Source: the human T2T-CHM13v2.0 reference genome, Homo sapiens. From it: DNA of 64,000 bases. This document shows positions 44,198-58,000 of this stretch, piece by piece. The position numbers and the translations under genes were made by a program. Position 1 is the first letter of the stretch; every line of letters starts with the position of its first letter. Below the pieces are notes generated by a model. That model had not been told where the DNA came from. It was given only the letters and a program-made list of their open reading frames with translations, and made no database searches. The stretch lies in assembly GCF_009914755.1 (NCBI RefSeq), contig NC_060932.1. One strand, given 5' to 3'.

Positions 44198-45899
44198 AAT
44201 GAAATATTATTCATCCATAACAAAGAATGAAATTATTTTATTAATGGAAACACAGATGAATCTGGAGGAGAGTATATTAAGTGAAATAAGCCAGGACCAG
44301 AAAGACGAATACCACATATTCTCACATATATATGAATGAAAGCTAAAAAAGTTGGTCTCATAGAAGTAGAGAGTAAAATGGTGGTTACTAGAAGGTGAGA
44401 GGGATAGAAAGGAGAGAAAAATAAAGAAAAGCTGCTTAATGAATATAAAATTAGAGCGAGACAGAAGAAATAATTTCTAAGGATCTATAGTCCCATACAG
44501 TGAATATAGTTAACAACAATTTATTGGATATTTTAAAATAGCTAGAAGAAAGAATTCTGACTGTTCCCAACAGAAAGAAATTATAAATGTTTGAGGTGAG
44601 GGATATGGTAATTAATCTGATTTGATCATTATGCATTGTGTACATGTATCAAAATAGCACACTGTACCTCATAAATATGTACAGTTATTATGTCAATTCA
44701 TAATAAAAAGTAAAGGTCCTAGACAACGTCCTACCTTTTAACATTAAAATTTATTTCTAATAAAAATATAATTATGCTGACAAAATAAAATTTACTAGAC
44801 CACACTTTGAGAACCACCGCCTGCAACTTCTTTCCCATTTGATTATAAATTCTTTCAGCAAATGCTAAAAATAGCCAGTCATATTTACCAAATTAGGGAC
44901 TGCTTCCCTCTCTGAACCAGACCATACATTAATATATTTTTTAATTGAAGGGTGAAAAACTAAAGGCAGGTTTTATCCTGCCTTTCTTTTTTTATTCAAA
45001 TGATGTCAAACAAAGCCCAAATAGTAACTGCAGTGCTTCTAGCCAACTACATGAAAATGTGATCATTTAATTTTCCAAAAGTTTTTGAGCCATACAGCTG
45101 TCATTACTAATGAAAGGAGTAGGAATCCTAGTATTACCCACTCCCTGTCACTCCACCTCTGAAGGCCAAAGTGGGACACCATTTCAAGGGGCAGAGTCGC
45201 ACTGAACACTTCCAGAATTTTTTTTTTTTTTAGTGGATACTGCAACAATGGTGAGATTCAGCAAAACTTTCAAGACTTTGAGGGGCAATAGTTTCCTATT
45301 CTCTTATAGGAGAACAAATAGCAAGGAAGCATGGTTTCAAAACCAAAAGAGAAACATTTTCAGGTAAAACATCTGCAGATACACTGTTTTTCTTTCTTCT
45401 CTGAGATGCTTAGCCTTTCTTATGGAAGGAGCACAGACATCTTAAAATTTGCTTAAAAACCATAACCACAGTATATTATTACCATTTAACGTTATGAGAA
45501 GAAATAATCATTACAGAGCAGCATCCCAAGTGTTTCTCATAATCTTTAGGCAACTAATTTCAATTTTAATTTTTGACAGTTTTAACTCATGTTTTAACTT
45601 TCTTCCAGTGTAGCTCTTTTGTTTCAAACAAATAGTCTATAAATATGCTTAAAGAAAAAATAGAGTTTATAGTAGAACCTCATAGAATCTAGGAACCTGC
45701 TATTCCTTTTCTATCTCACAGGCCACATGAAATCTCCCTTATGGCATCCCAGCTTCCCTCTATGCCTGCCCCCTATGACATTGATTTGCCATGATCTCTT
45801 TTTGTCTCATGACTCTTCCTATAGGTATATACATCCATGTACAACTTTAACATATTAAAGAGTTTTCCAATGTATTTTAATACTTTAAGAATATGATTT

Positions 45900-47180
45900 C
45901 TCTATATTCTGATTTTTATTTTTTGTTATTGAGAAAACCTAACTCAAGCTTATTTTTGCTCTTTTTAAAGTAATATATTTTGTGTCAGTAAATGGTTTTA
46001 AAATGTTCCCTCTATAATTGCTTTTTTGCAATTTTGCTCTTATTTTCTTTGTATTTATTTTGCATGGGATCCACAGTGATTCTTAAATCTGAAGCTTGAT
46101 GTATTTCATCAGTGTCAGAAAATTCTCAACAGCATTATCGTTTCAAACATTGATTCCACCTATTTGCTTTACTCTTTCTTTCTGAAACTCCTGTTATATC
46201 TATGCTTGGTCTTCTCAACATACTATTTATATCTTTCCTTTTCTTTTTAAATGCATTTTTCATCCTTTTATTTTTCCATGCCTCTTCTAGATACTTTTTT
46301 TCTGCTCTATACATTATGTAAGTGATTCTGTCTGCATCTGTGTCTAATATAATGTTAAACACATTCATAATTGTAAATTTGTTTACTGATTTTTTTAATT
46401 CCTGAATTTTCATCTGTCTTATTTTTGTACATTTTAGTTGCCAGTCAAAATTCTCAATCTTGTCTTGAAATCCTTAATTATATCAAGCTCAGCCATTTCA
46501 AATTCTGTGTCTCATTATTTCATTTACTGCATTACCTTAGATTGCATTTCCATTTCTATTGTTTTTTTTGGTTCTAAATCATGTAGTCTTATTACATACC
46601 TTGTTACTTTGACAGAGTGCCAGGGTTTATAATATCATAGAAATAATTTGAGGCCTGGAATGATTATACTTTCCTTCAGAGAGAATATACTTATGTACTT
46701 GCAGATGGCTACAGGCACTTGGAATTTCAGATCACATAATCCAATTCCAAGGAGATGAGCAGAAACTGTGCTTTAGTCCCTGAAATGACTAAACTATTTC
46801 TGATTAACCCTTACTCCTATCTTGTAGACCTTTATGACCTAACATAAAGCCTGAGGGCCTTGGATTCCAGTTTCTGTCCTCAGGCTCCATAAGGCTGTCA
46901 AAGCTTTGTTCAGCTTCTCAACCCTTCAGCCACCTCTGCAGTAATCAGAAAAATCCCATAAGTAAAAAATCTCCTAAGTAAGAGCATTCTAAAATGATGG
47001 GCTCACCTCTCTAGGTTTCTTTCCTCTCCAACTCTTTTATATCTTGACCTCGTATTTCCTTATTAGCTTCTTAACTTTACAGTGTCTTCAAACAGCTTTA
47101 TTTTTCTAGCTTTTCTAGGTGTTTTCAATGTCAGTATTGTTCTGAATTTCCTACTGCACTATTACTACAAGTGGCCCCTC
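45900..47180 (-). mobile_element. Old L1M/HAL1-like ORF1 and 5' region
   Basis: gtatttcatcagtgtcagaaaattctcaacagcattatc...tctttctgaaactcctgttata is antisense ORF1-like; ORF 46135..46413 ends with an ORF1-like LRRPSIDITGVSE. Confidence 0.65.
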
Positions 47181-47567
47181 CCAAAGGACATTTTTAACTA
47201 GGCTAATTAACAAATAAATAAAATGATAAATAACAGGTCAGATGCGATAAAAATGAGAGTTAAAAATAGAAGTAAAAATCATTCCAAATCCACTACTCAT
47301 TAAAGTGCATAATATTTTTTAGCTATTCAATCAATCATTGTTGCTATTTAATAAGGATTTTTCTAGAAGAGATGTTAACACTGATAATAAAAGGTTTTTA
47401 GAATATAATTAAAGGCAGGGTCTGTCAATAATTACGTTTTTAAAAAATACCACTACAAGAAAGAAATTTAATTTCCATTATTCCATAAAGATTTTATGAA
47501 GTGAGCCAAGCTCAAATTTTCTTTTGAGATAAGCAACCAATGTATTAAATTAACTGATGGTAACGTA

Positions 47568-48019
47568 TACTTGACCCTTAAACAATATAAATTTGAATGA
47601 TGTTGGTCCATTTACATGTAGATTTTCTTCTGCTTCTGCCACCCCAAAAGAACAAGACTAAACCTTCCTCTTCCTCCTTCTTCTCAATCTACTCAACATT
47701 AAGATGGCAAAGATGAATACCTTTATGGTGATCTGCTTCCACTTAATGAACAGTAAATATATTTTATCTTCCTTCTGATTTTCTCAATAACATTTTCTTT
47801 TCTCTAGCTTCCTTTATTGTAAGAATACACTGTAAAATATATATAACATACAAAATGTGTTGACTGTTTCAGTTACAAATCAGGCTTCTGATCAACATTA
47901 AACTGCTAATAATTAAGTTTTTGAAGAGTCAAAAACTTTTGGAGAGTCGAGGTTATACATGGATTTTTGACAGCATGGGGTGTTGGCATTCCTAACCCCC
48001 ACATTGTTCAAGGCCCATG
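47568..48019 (+). mobile_element. Tigger2a (MER28) TcMar element
   Basis: tacttgacccttaaacaa...ttccacttaatgaacagtaaatatattt...attgttcaaggcccatg, flanked by TA. Confidence 0.88.
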
Positions 48020-48637
48020 TACATAAACATTGTAAGTCAAATGGAAAAAATAATCAATGGAGTAATTGAAATTGGACTGAATCTACATAAGATCCTTGAA
48101 AGAACTCAAAGATGAAATAATGGAAATGACTAAAGTATATTATATGTTATCATAAGTGTTCTTTATTTTGACGTATTGGCTGATTGACTATTTAACTCCC
48201 TGTAGAGGCTTTAAAAGATGACCTGTAAGCCAAATCATCTCTATTTCATAGTTGGCAAATTTCCTAGGATTACATTCAACAATAGGGTTCTTCACTGCAT
48301 AAACAACTCAACCTATTGGTATGTTATGAAGTTTATGTCAAAGGAAGTCAATATTTTCTGGAACTATTTAAAGGAAGAAAGTATGTACATAAAAAGAGGC
48401 TAATTTATCTTGGCATTCTAAAAATTAAAAATAGAATACTTGTAACAAATTTCTGTGATGGCTATCTTTGGAAACAACACTAAAGATTGGAGTTTAATAA
48501 AAAGTGTGTTTGACTATTTTCCTAAAAGTTTTATATCAAAGAAACATCTTAAAGCATCTTGATGTCATAAAGAACCTATTAAAGTCCAAAGCTATATTTA
48601 GTAGTTCAGGCATATTTGTAGACTCAAAGTAGGATAG

Positions 48638-48982
<345 letters not shown>

Positions 48983-50362
48983 CATTTTGAATTTTTAAGA
49001 GTAGATCTTGAGATGTTTGGCATCAGCTTAAGATGAAAACTGGAAAACTTATCACTCCTTTCTATAAAATAAAATAGTGGCAAAGAATGTAAGTTCAGAG
49101 CTTTTTTTAAGCTCCTCAGAGAGTTGAGGTTAAAAGTTAACTAACTAACCCCAAATCTAAAGAAATACAGATGTATCAAAGGAGAGACATAATGTGAGCA
49201 CTTGTTCACCAGTGACAGATGATGCTGGACACCATAAAATTGGGTAACATTTTACCTAATTTTTTTTAACACATTGCTAAAGTGGCTAGCATAAAAATAT
49301 AGAAGCCCTAGTAGTTGCAGACACAAGAAATATTCACACTCGCTCAGAGCTCTTATCTACATACATCACTAGATACTCACAAGAAAGAACAAGGACAGGA
49401 CAAGAGTTCTGAGAAAATGTTCCTCATAATACAGGCTTGGGGAAGAGAGCATCAGTCACTACAACAAAGGCAAAAAGCTCTGCCCAAATCCATGTTCTCT
49501 ATCTCTCTAAAAAAGCAAAAGCCTTCAACCACCTGGAAAGAGCAGAAAACCTTGTTGCCCTTTGGACACTGTGAAGACCAACTGAAGCTAAGGGAAGGAA
49601 AAAGGGAAAAAATATATATTTTTACCCTTGCAGTGGAGCATACATTTACCCTGAAACCAGACCACTGGAAGTCTACCACTATAGTGAGCAGGATAGGACA
49701 AATGAGAATACCCTATACCCTACACCCGGGGAAACAATGGATGCCTCAGACTGACACAAACTGAAAATAGAAGAGCAGAGAACATTCTCTTCCCACTCTC
49801 ACCACCAGGCAAGCAAGCACTGAATGAATGACATGTAACAGCAGGCTATCTGAGAGCAAGGAGAGACAGTCTCGGAGGCATGTCCACAAAAGGAAGACCT
49901 AGAGCTGAAAGTGGAGTAGTTATTAAAAATAATCCTCTGGCAAACTAGCCCCCATTCTAAACATAAAATAACACAGAGAAATTGAACACTTCTGATGCAC
50001 TGAATGTAACCATGGCAACAACAACAGCAAAAAAAACCATACCCAACAGGAGTAGCTATGTCAATATCAGAGACTTTAAAACAAGAGATATCACCAGGGA
50101 TAAAGGAAAACATGTAATAGCAAAAGGTTAACTTTCCAAGAAGATATAACAATCTTAAATGTATATGCACCTATCAAGAGAGCTTCTAAATATAAGATAC
50201 AAAATCTGATAGAACTGTAAAAAGAAATAGACAACTCTACAATTATAGTCAGACACTTTTATACTTTTCACTCAGTAAGTGATAGCGCAAGTGGTCAGAA
50301 AATCACCAAGGCTACAGAAAAGCTGAATACCACTATCAACCAACTTGGCCTAATTAACATTT

Positions 50363-50682
50363 GGCCGGTCCAGTGGCTCATGCCTGTAATCCCAGCACTT
50401 TGGGATGCCAAGGCAGGCAGATCACCTGAAGTCAGGAATTTGAGACCAGTCTGGCCAACATGGTGAAACCCTGTCTCTACTAAAAATTCAAAAATTAGCT
50501 GGGCATGGTGGCGCACACCTGCAATCCCAGCTACTCAGCTGTCTAACGCAGAAGAATCACTTAAACCCAGGAGGCAGAGGTGGTAGTGAGCCGAGATCAT
50601 GCCACTGCATTCCAGCCTAGGCAACAGAGCAAGACTCAAAGAAAAAACAAAAAACAACAACAACAAAAAAAAACAAAAGAAA
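50363..50682 (+). mobile_element. AluSx-like
   Basis: ggccggtccagtggctcatgcctgtaatcc...gatcacctgaagtcagg...A-rich tail; TSD aacattt. Confidence 0.93.
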
Positions 50683-50894
50683 AACATTTATAGAGCACTC
50701 CACCTAACAATAGCAGGATAGACATTTATTTCAAGTGCACATGGAACATTCACTAAGAAAGAGAATATTCTGGGGATAAAGTATATTTTAACAAAATTAA
50801 AAGAATTAAAATCATACAGACATACAACTCACACTGCAGAATTTACCTAAAAAATCAATAACAGAAATATATATTTAAAATCACCAAATATTTG

Positions 50895-51289
50895 TGTTAT
50901 GAGTTGAATTGTGTATTCTAAAAATTCATGTGTTGAAGTCTCAACCGCCAATATATCAAAATGTGACTATATTTGGAGATAGAGTCTTTATGGAGGGAAT
51001 GAAGTTAAAATGAGGTCATTAGGGTGGGTCCAATTCAATCTGATTGATGTCCTTATGAGAAGAGAATATTAAGACAGACAGAGACACCAGGCATGCATAT
51101 GCATACAAAAAAGATCATGCAAGAACACAGAAAGAAGCCAGTTATCTGCAAACAAACGGGAGAAGCCACAGAAGAAACCAAACCTGCTGACACCTTTATC
51201 TTGGACTTGTAACCTCCGGAACTATAAGAAATAAACTTCCATTTTTTAAGCCACCCAAACTGTTATGGAAGCCCTAGCAAATAAATAAT
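50895..51289 (+). mobile_element. MLT1B/C solo LTR
   Basis: tgttatgagttgaattgtg...aaaatgaggtcattagggtggg...aacctgctgacacctttatcttggactt...gccctagcaaa; flanks atttg / attta. Confidence 0.88.
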
Positions 51290-51315
51290 ATTTATAAATT
51301 AGGCAACATATTTCT

Positions 51316-51389
51316 TTTTTTTATTATTATACTTTAAGTTTTAGGGTACATGTGCACAATGTTCAGGTTTGTTACATATGTATACATGT
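51316..51389 (-). mobile_element. Ultra-short (~75 bp) L1PA 3' stub with TSD
   Basis: ttattatactttaagttttagggtacatgtgcacaatg... is the L1PA terminus; TSD aggcaacatatttct / aagcaacgtatttct. Confidence 0.9.
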
Positions 51390-52022
51390 AAGCAACGTAT
51401 TTCTAAATAGTCCATCGGTCTAAAGGAATATATTAAGGGAAATTAGAAAATATTTATATTAAATAAAAATGAAAGCACAGTATATAAAAATTAGTAGGAT
51501 GCAGCTAAGGGAAATATAAAGTTTATACAGAAAAGATGAAATATGTCACATGAATAACAGAAACTCCAGTATTAAGAAGCCAGAAAAAAGAAAAAAAGGA
51601 TCAAATTAAACCCAAAGCAAGGAGAAGGAAGGAAATAAAGAAAAAAGTAGAAATTGGTATAATTAAGAACAGAAAAACAATTTAAAAATTAGTGAAACCA
51701 AAACCTGGTTCATTGTAAAGATCAGAAAACACGATACATTCTTAGCCAGCCTGACAAAGGAAAAACTGAATGAAAATATATTACAGATGTAAGAAATAAA
51801 GGAGCAGGCATCACTATAGATCCTATGGGCATTTAATAGATAATCAAGGAGTAGTACGAACAGTGCTAGGCCCATAAATTCAACATCTTAGATAAAAACG
51901 CATAAAATTCTTGAAAGATACAAACTGCATTGTAACTACATTTTTCATTATAACTATTTTAAAAGGTGAATTGAGTTAAAAACGTTTTAACATAAAAAAT
52001 TTCAGGTAAGACGGCTTTACCT

Positions 52023-55000
52023 AAAGAGGAACTTCAAGTGGCTGATTACAGGCACCTGGTACTCACTTTCTCCACAGAGAAGAGCCAAAATAGCAAGTAA
52101 ATAATCACATTTCAAATAGATCATCTAAGAGAGAAAATTGGAATCCAACAGAGAAGTGACAGAGAACACCTAAGGCAGGGAAGGAGAGGTAAGTGAGGCA
52201 CCCTGCTTTGCCAGGATCAGCTGGGAGTCTGGAGACTCAATGAAGGAAAATGGTAAGTAGGAGAATCCCAGAAGCCCACATGACTAATGCAGATTTCTTC
52301 AACCCTAGCCACAGGAGAGCCCCTAGAACATCACAGGCCCAAGACTAACAAAGGAAGCTGCCTGGAGACTAAAAGACAGTATTGTTCCAGAAAGGGTCCC
52401 ACACACCCCTAATCCTAAGCAGCCACAGCAGGCGCCATATTGAGATCCCAGTCCCCACCATACTGCATTCTGCCTGGGGGCCCCACAGCTCCTGCATCTT
52501 CATATCCATGCAGCCCCACTGACAATCCCCATGTCCAGTCACCACCAAAGGTAGCTGCTGCTGCCAGGGCTGAAGTACAAATCACTGGCAATTACTCCAC
52601 TGCCTACAGTGAGGCAGTCATGCATTTTCACATGCCCCAGGGACAAAGTCCCCTGCCTACAGACACTGCTGCTGTGGGCTGCCACCACCAGGCCAAAATG
52701 TGCATGCTACCCAGCCACTTAAATATGACTGTTGCTGTTAAAAGCAGTCTCACCCTCCTTAGTAGCAGGGCTGCAATACAGCTGTTGCTGCCTCTACCAG
52801 AACATTCCCCTGGAGGCCTGGGAGATCATCCTGCTCCTGCCTGCCACAGCCAGCACCTGTATCCACCATCAGGGGGCCAGAGGAAAGGTCAACCCAGCCC
52901 AGCATTGCCCCCAGTCAGGGCCCAAGCATGGCATCTGGGGGCCTGGGAAATACCCAGTTGAGTCTGCCACAGTTTTACCTTGGCACTCTTCCTGGGGGAC
53001 TGAATTTGGGCCCACCCAACTTGCCACTACCACCACATCTGGTACACACCCTCATGTGTCACTGGTGGGCCTGGATACTGGCCTACTCAACCTATTACAG
53101 CTACCACAAACACCAGCATGGACCACTTGAGAGCCAGAGGCTTGTCCTGCCATTGCTACTGCCATCACTCATACTATGCTTGCTTCCCATTGGCCTGAAA
53201 ATGTGCCCACCCACCAGGTACGCCACTGCTAGTACTGGCACCTGAGCAAGCTGCCTGGAAGACCAAGAATCAGACCACCTAGAACCAATAACACTGGTGC
53301 CAGCACACACCTCCCTGGGGACAGGCATGCTTAGCCTACTACTGCCACCACTGGGACCCAAAGATACAGTCTATGTAGATCTAGTCCCTGTCTCCATCAA
53401 AACTTTACCACAGCCTCCACTACAACAACACCCTACACCACCAAGAAAACCAAAGACACCATTGACACTGTTTAGAGCTGAAGAAATAATGCAGAGATTA
53501 AATTACTTCATGTGCCCCGAATCAAAGCCAAAGTACTCTTTCATACCAATAGCATAGATACATATTCAGGAAAAAAGTTTTCCCCCACTATAACAAATTA
53601 AAAAAAAAAATGGAAGAAGCAACTGTTACACCAGATGCACACTATCAACATGACACAAGAAATATAAAAAAGCAAGACAATATGACACCTCTAAAGGAAC
53701 ACAATAATTCTCCAGCAACAGATTCTAATGAAAAAGAGATTTATAAGGTCCCAGGAAAGGAACTTAAAATAATGATATTAAAGAAGCTTGGTGAGGTACA
53801 AGAGAATACAGAAAAAAGAATATAAATGAATCAGAACAATTTGGGATATAAATGAGAAATTTAACAAAGAGATAGAACCCCCCCCCCACAAAAAATTCTG
53901 TAACTAAAGAATTTATTAAATGAAATACAAAATACATTTAAAAGCTCTAACAATAGACTAGATCAAGCAGGAAAAATAAATTCAGTAACTGAAGACAGGT
54001 CTTTTGAAATAATCCAGCCAAACAAAAATAAAGAAAAATAATTTAAAAGAATAAACAAAGCCTATACAACATATGAAACATCATAAAATTACCAAATTTT
54101 CAAATTTTTTGGTGTCCCAGAGTGTGAAGACAAAATAAAAGAAGATTTAAAAATTCCTACTTAATAAAATAAAGCTGGAAACTTCCAAAGTCTAACAAAA
54201 GATTTAGACATCCACATACAGGAAGCTTAGAGATTTCTAAACAGATACAGTTCAAAAAGGTCTTCTACATGGCACATTATAGTCTAATGATCAAAAGTCA
54301 AAGACAAATAAAGCATTCTATAAATAGCAAAATAAAAGTAACTAATCACTTATGAGAGAACCCCCATGATACTAAGAGTGGACTTCTCAGCAAAAGCCTT
54401 ATAGTTTAGTAGAAACATAGGATCATATATTCAAAGTGCTGAAAGAAACAAACTGCCATAAATAATAATATACCCAGTAATGTAATCTTTTATAAATGAA
54501 CAAAAAATGAAGTTTTTACCAGACAAGCAAAAGTGGAAAAAAATTATCACCAGTAGGCCAGCCCTACTAAAAGTCCTTAAGGGAGTCCTACACCTGGAAG
54601 CAAATGATGATAGCTACAATTATGAAAATACATGAATGTGTAAAATCCACTAGTAAAGCAAACACACAGATAAGGGAGAGAAAGGAATCAAATGTTACCA
54701 ATACAGGAAACCACTGAGCCACAATGATAAATAATAAGAGAGAGAAAAAGGAACAGAAAATATACAAAACAACCAGAAGTCAATTAAAATAATGATATTA
54801 ATTATTTTAATGTCAGAAATCAATTCCTAATAAAATAATAGGAATAAGCCCTCACATATCAATGATAATCTGAAAAGTAACAGATTAGCCTTTCTACTTG
54901 AAAGATACAGAGTGGCTGAATGGATAAGAAAACTTGACCTAACTATATGATGCCTGCAAGAAACTCACCTCACCTATAAAGACACATACAGACTGAAAGT

Positions 55001-58000
55001 AAAGGGATGTAAAAAGATATTCCATACAAACAAAAACCAAAAGCGAGCCAGAGTAGCTATACTTTTCTTAGATAAAACAAACTTTAAGTCAAAAACTATA
55101 AAAAGAAGCAAAGAAGGCCTTTATTTAATGATAAATGGATCAATTCAGCAAGAGGATGTAACCATTCTAAACATATGTGCTTCCAACACTGGAGCACACC
55201 TAGATATATAAAGCTAACAATATTAAATGTTAAAGGGGAGATAGACTTCAATACGATAATAGTTGCAGATGTCAACACTTCAGTCTCAGCATTAGACAGA
55301 TCATCTAGTCAGAAAATTAACAAAGAAATATTGGATTTAAATTGGACATTAGACCAAATGGACCTAAGAGATATTTACAGAATGTTTAATTTAACAGCTA
55401 CATAATACACATTTTTCTAATTAGCACTTGAGAATTCTCCAGGATAGACCATAGGTTAGGACACAAAACAATTCTCAACAAATTGAAAAGAAATCAAAAT
55501 CATATCAAGTATCTTCTCAGACCACAATGGAATAAAACTAAAAACTGATAACAAGAGAAACTTGGGAGACTGTACACAATCATGGATATTAAATAGCATA
55601 GTCCCAAATGATCACTGGGTCAAGACAGAAATTAAGCAGGAAATCAAAAAATTTCTGGAAACAACTGAAAATCTAAACAAAACATAAAATCTATGGGATT
55701 AAAAAAAAAACAAACCGATGTCTCTAAAAGAAAAGCAACAAATGCTTACATCAAAAAGGTAGAAATATTCCAAATAGCAATATAAAAATTCACCTCAAGA
55801 AACAAGAAAAGTGAGAACAGGTCAATCCAAAAATTAGTAGAAAGTAAGAAATAACAAAGATCAGAGAACTAAATGAAATAGAAAAAAATATACAAAATAT
55901 CAATAAAATGAAAAGTAGCTTTTTTGAAAACATAAAGTCAATAAAATGCTAACTAGAATAACAAAGAAAAAAAGAGAGTAGACACAAATAATCATAATCA
56001 GAAATGAAAAAGGAGACATTACAAAGGTAACAGAGAAACACAAAAGGCTGGCCGGGTGCGGTGGCTCATGCTTGTAATCCCAGGACTTTGTGAGGTGGAA
56101 TCGAGCAGATCAGGAGGTGAGGAAATAAAGACCATCCTGGCTAACATGGTGAAAACCCATCTCTACTAACAATACAAAAAATTAGTCAGGTGTGGTGGCA
56201 CGCACCTGTAGTCGCAGCTACTTGGGAGGCTGAGGCAGGAGAATCCGCTTGAACCCAGGAGACAGAGGTTGCAGTGAGCCGAGATTGTGCCACTGCACTC
56301 AGCCTGGGCGACAGAGCGAGACTCCATCTCAAAAAACAAAACAAAACAAAAAAAGGCAGCCAGAGATTTCTATAAACGACTATACAGTAACGAACTGGAA
56401 AACCCACTGGAAATAAATTCCTAGACACATACCACCTACCAAGATTGAATCAGGAAGAAATAGGAAACCTAAACAGACCAATAACAAGTAATTATATTGA
56501 ATCAGTAATAAAAAATTATCCACAAAGAAAAGTTCAGGACTGGATGGCTTCTGTGTTAAATTCTATCTTTCAAATAACTAAGAAAAAATTCTCCTCAAAA
56601 ATACTCCAAAAAACTAAACAGGGCAACATTCTCACTAGCTCATTCTATGAGTCCAACATACTTTGACACCAACACTAGCTAAAAACACAAGAAAGAAAGA
56701 AAACAGGCCAAAACACCTGATGAACTTTGATGCAATAATTCTCAACAATATACTAGCAAGCTGAATTCCACAGCATATCAAAAAGTTGATACACCATGAT
56801 CAAGTTGGATTCCTCCTAGGAATGCAAGGGTGGTTCAACATATACAGATCAATAAATGTGACAAGTCATATCAATGGTATGAAGGACAAAAACCATATGA
56901 TCATTTCAATAGATGTAGAAAAAGCACTTAACAAAATTCAAAATTTCTTTAAGATAAAAATTCTCAACAAACTAGGCATTGAAGGAACATATCTCAGTGT
57001 AATAAAGGCCATATATGACAAACCCACAGTTAACATAATGCTGAATGGGGAAAAGCTGAAAGCCTTCCCTCTAATAATTGAAATAGGATAAGGATTTCTA
57101 CTTTCATCAATCCTATTCAACGTAAGAATCCTCTGGAGGTCCTACCTAGAGCAATCAGCCAAGAGAAGGAAATAAAAGCCATCTAAATTCAAAAAGAGGA
57201 AGTCAAGTTATCTCTCTTTGCAGATGATATTCTCTTATATCTAGGAGAACATAAAGACTCCACCAAAAAGCTCTTAGATCTGATAAATAAATTCAGTAAA
57301 TTGCAGGATAAAAGTAAACATGAAAATTAGTAGTGTTTATTTATAAACACCCATAATGAATTAGGTGAGAAAGAAATAAGAAGGCTAGCTCATTTATAAT
57401 AGATTAAAAAATATTTTATTGCTAGGAATAAATTTAGCCAGCCAGGTTAAAGAACTCTGCAAAAAAAACTATAAAACATTGATAAAAGAAATTAAAGAGG
57501 AGACAAACAAATAAAAAGACATCCCATACTCACAGACTGAAAGAATTAATATCACTAAATTGACTGTACTGCTCAAAGTGATCTACAGAGTCAATGCAAA
57601 TATTATCAAAATACCAACATATATTTTCACAGAAATAGAACAAACAATCCTAAAATTTGTATGGAATCAAAAAAGACCCCAAATAGCCAAAGCAATCCAG
57701 AGCAAAAAGAACAAAGCTGGAGGCATTAGACTGCCTGTCTTCAAAATATAGTACAAGGCTATAGTAAACAAAACATCAGGATATTGGTATAAAAACAATC
57801 ATATAGACCAATGGAACAGAATAGACAATCCAGAAATAAATCCACATATTTACTGCCAACTGATTTTTGACAAAGGTGTCAAGAACATGCGTTGGGGAAA
57901 TAATACCTTCTTCAATAAATAATGCTGGGAAAACTGGATATCCATATGCAGAAGAATGAAACCGGACCCCTATTTCTTACCATATGCAACAATCAACTGA

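Larger units (their letters stand above)
43475..44712 (+). mobile_element. 5'-truncated L1MA with an internal deletion and a templated insertion
   Basis: ORF2 3' sequence (gacttcaaaacatactacaaa...) jumps to sequence near the ORF2 end; L1MA 3'UTR (aaaatagctagaaga...tgtacctcataaatatgtac). Confidence 0.88.
43023..44819. mobile_element. MER119/Charlie1-related hAT element (43023-~43470 and 44795-44819) split by an L1
   Basis: ttttggtctcaaaccctctgcacact...tctggcttaatagatgacagctggattct...; distal terminus gaccacactttgagaaccaccg. Confidence 0.7.
49030..52022 (+). mobile_element. Old L1M host (5' region plus ORF2 EN/linker), resuming at ~59300-59500; hosts an Alu, MLT1B, an L1PA stub and a full-length L1
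   Basis: aagatataacaatcttaaatgtatatgcacc and ttcaagtgcacatggaacattcac are L1 ORF2 motifs; the 5' boundary is approximate. Confidence 0.75.

Noticed and set aside
52440-53557. Cluster of the longest ORFs (up to 173 aa, Pro/Ala-rich)
   Set aside because: They lie in the GC-rich L1 5'UTR, where stop codons are scarce; they overlap in several frames and show no recognisable domain
55175-57751. ORFs with endonuclease and reverse transcriptase motifs
   Set aside because: Broken L1 ORF2 fragments with stops, frameshifts and an Alu insertion; not a functional RT system
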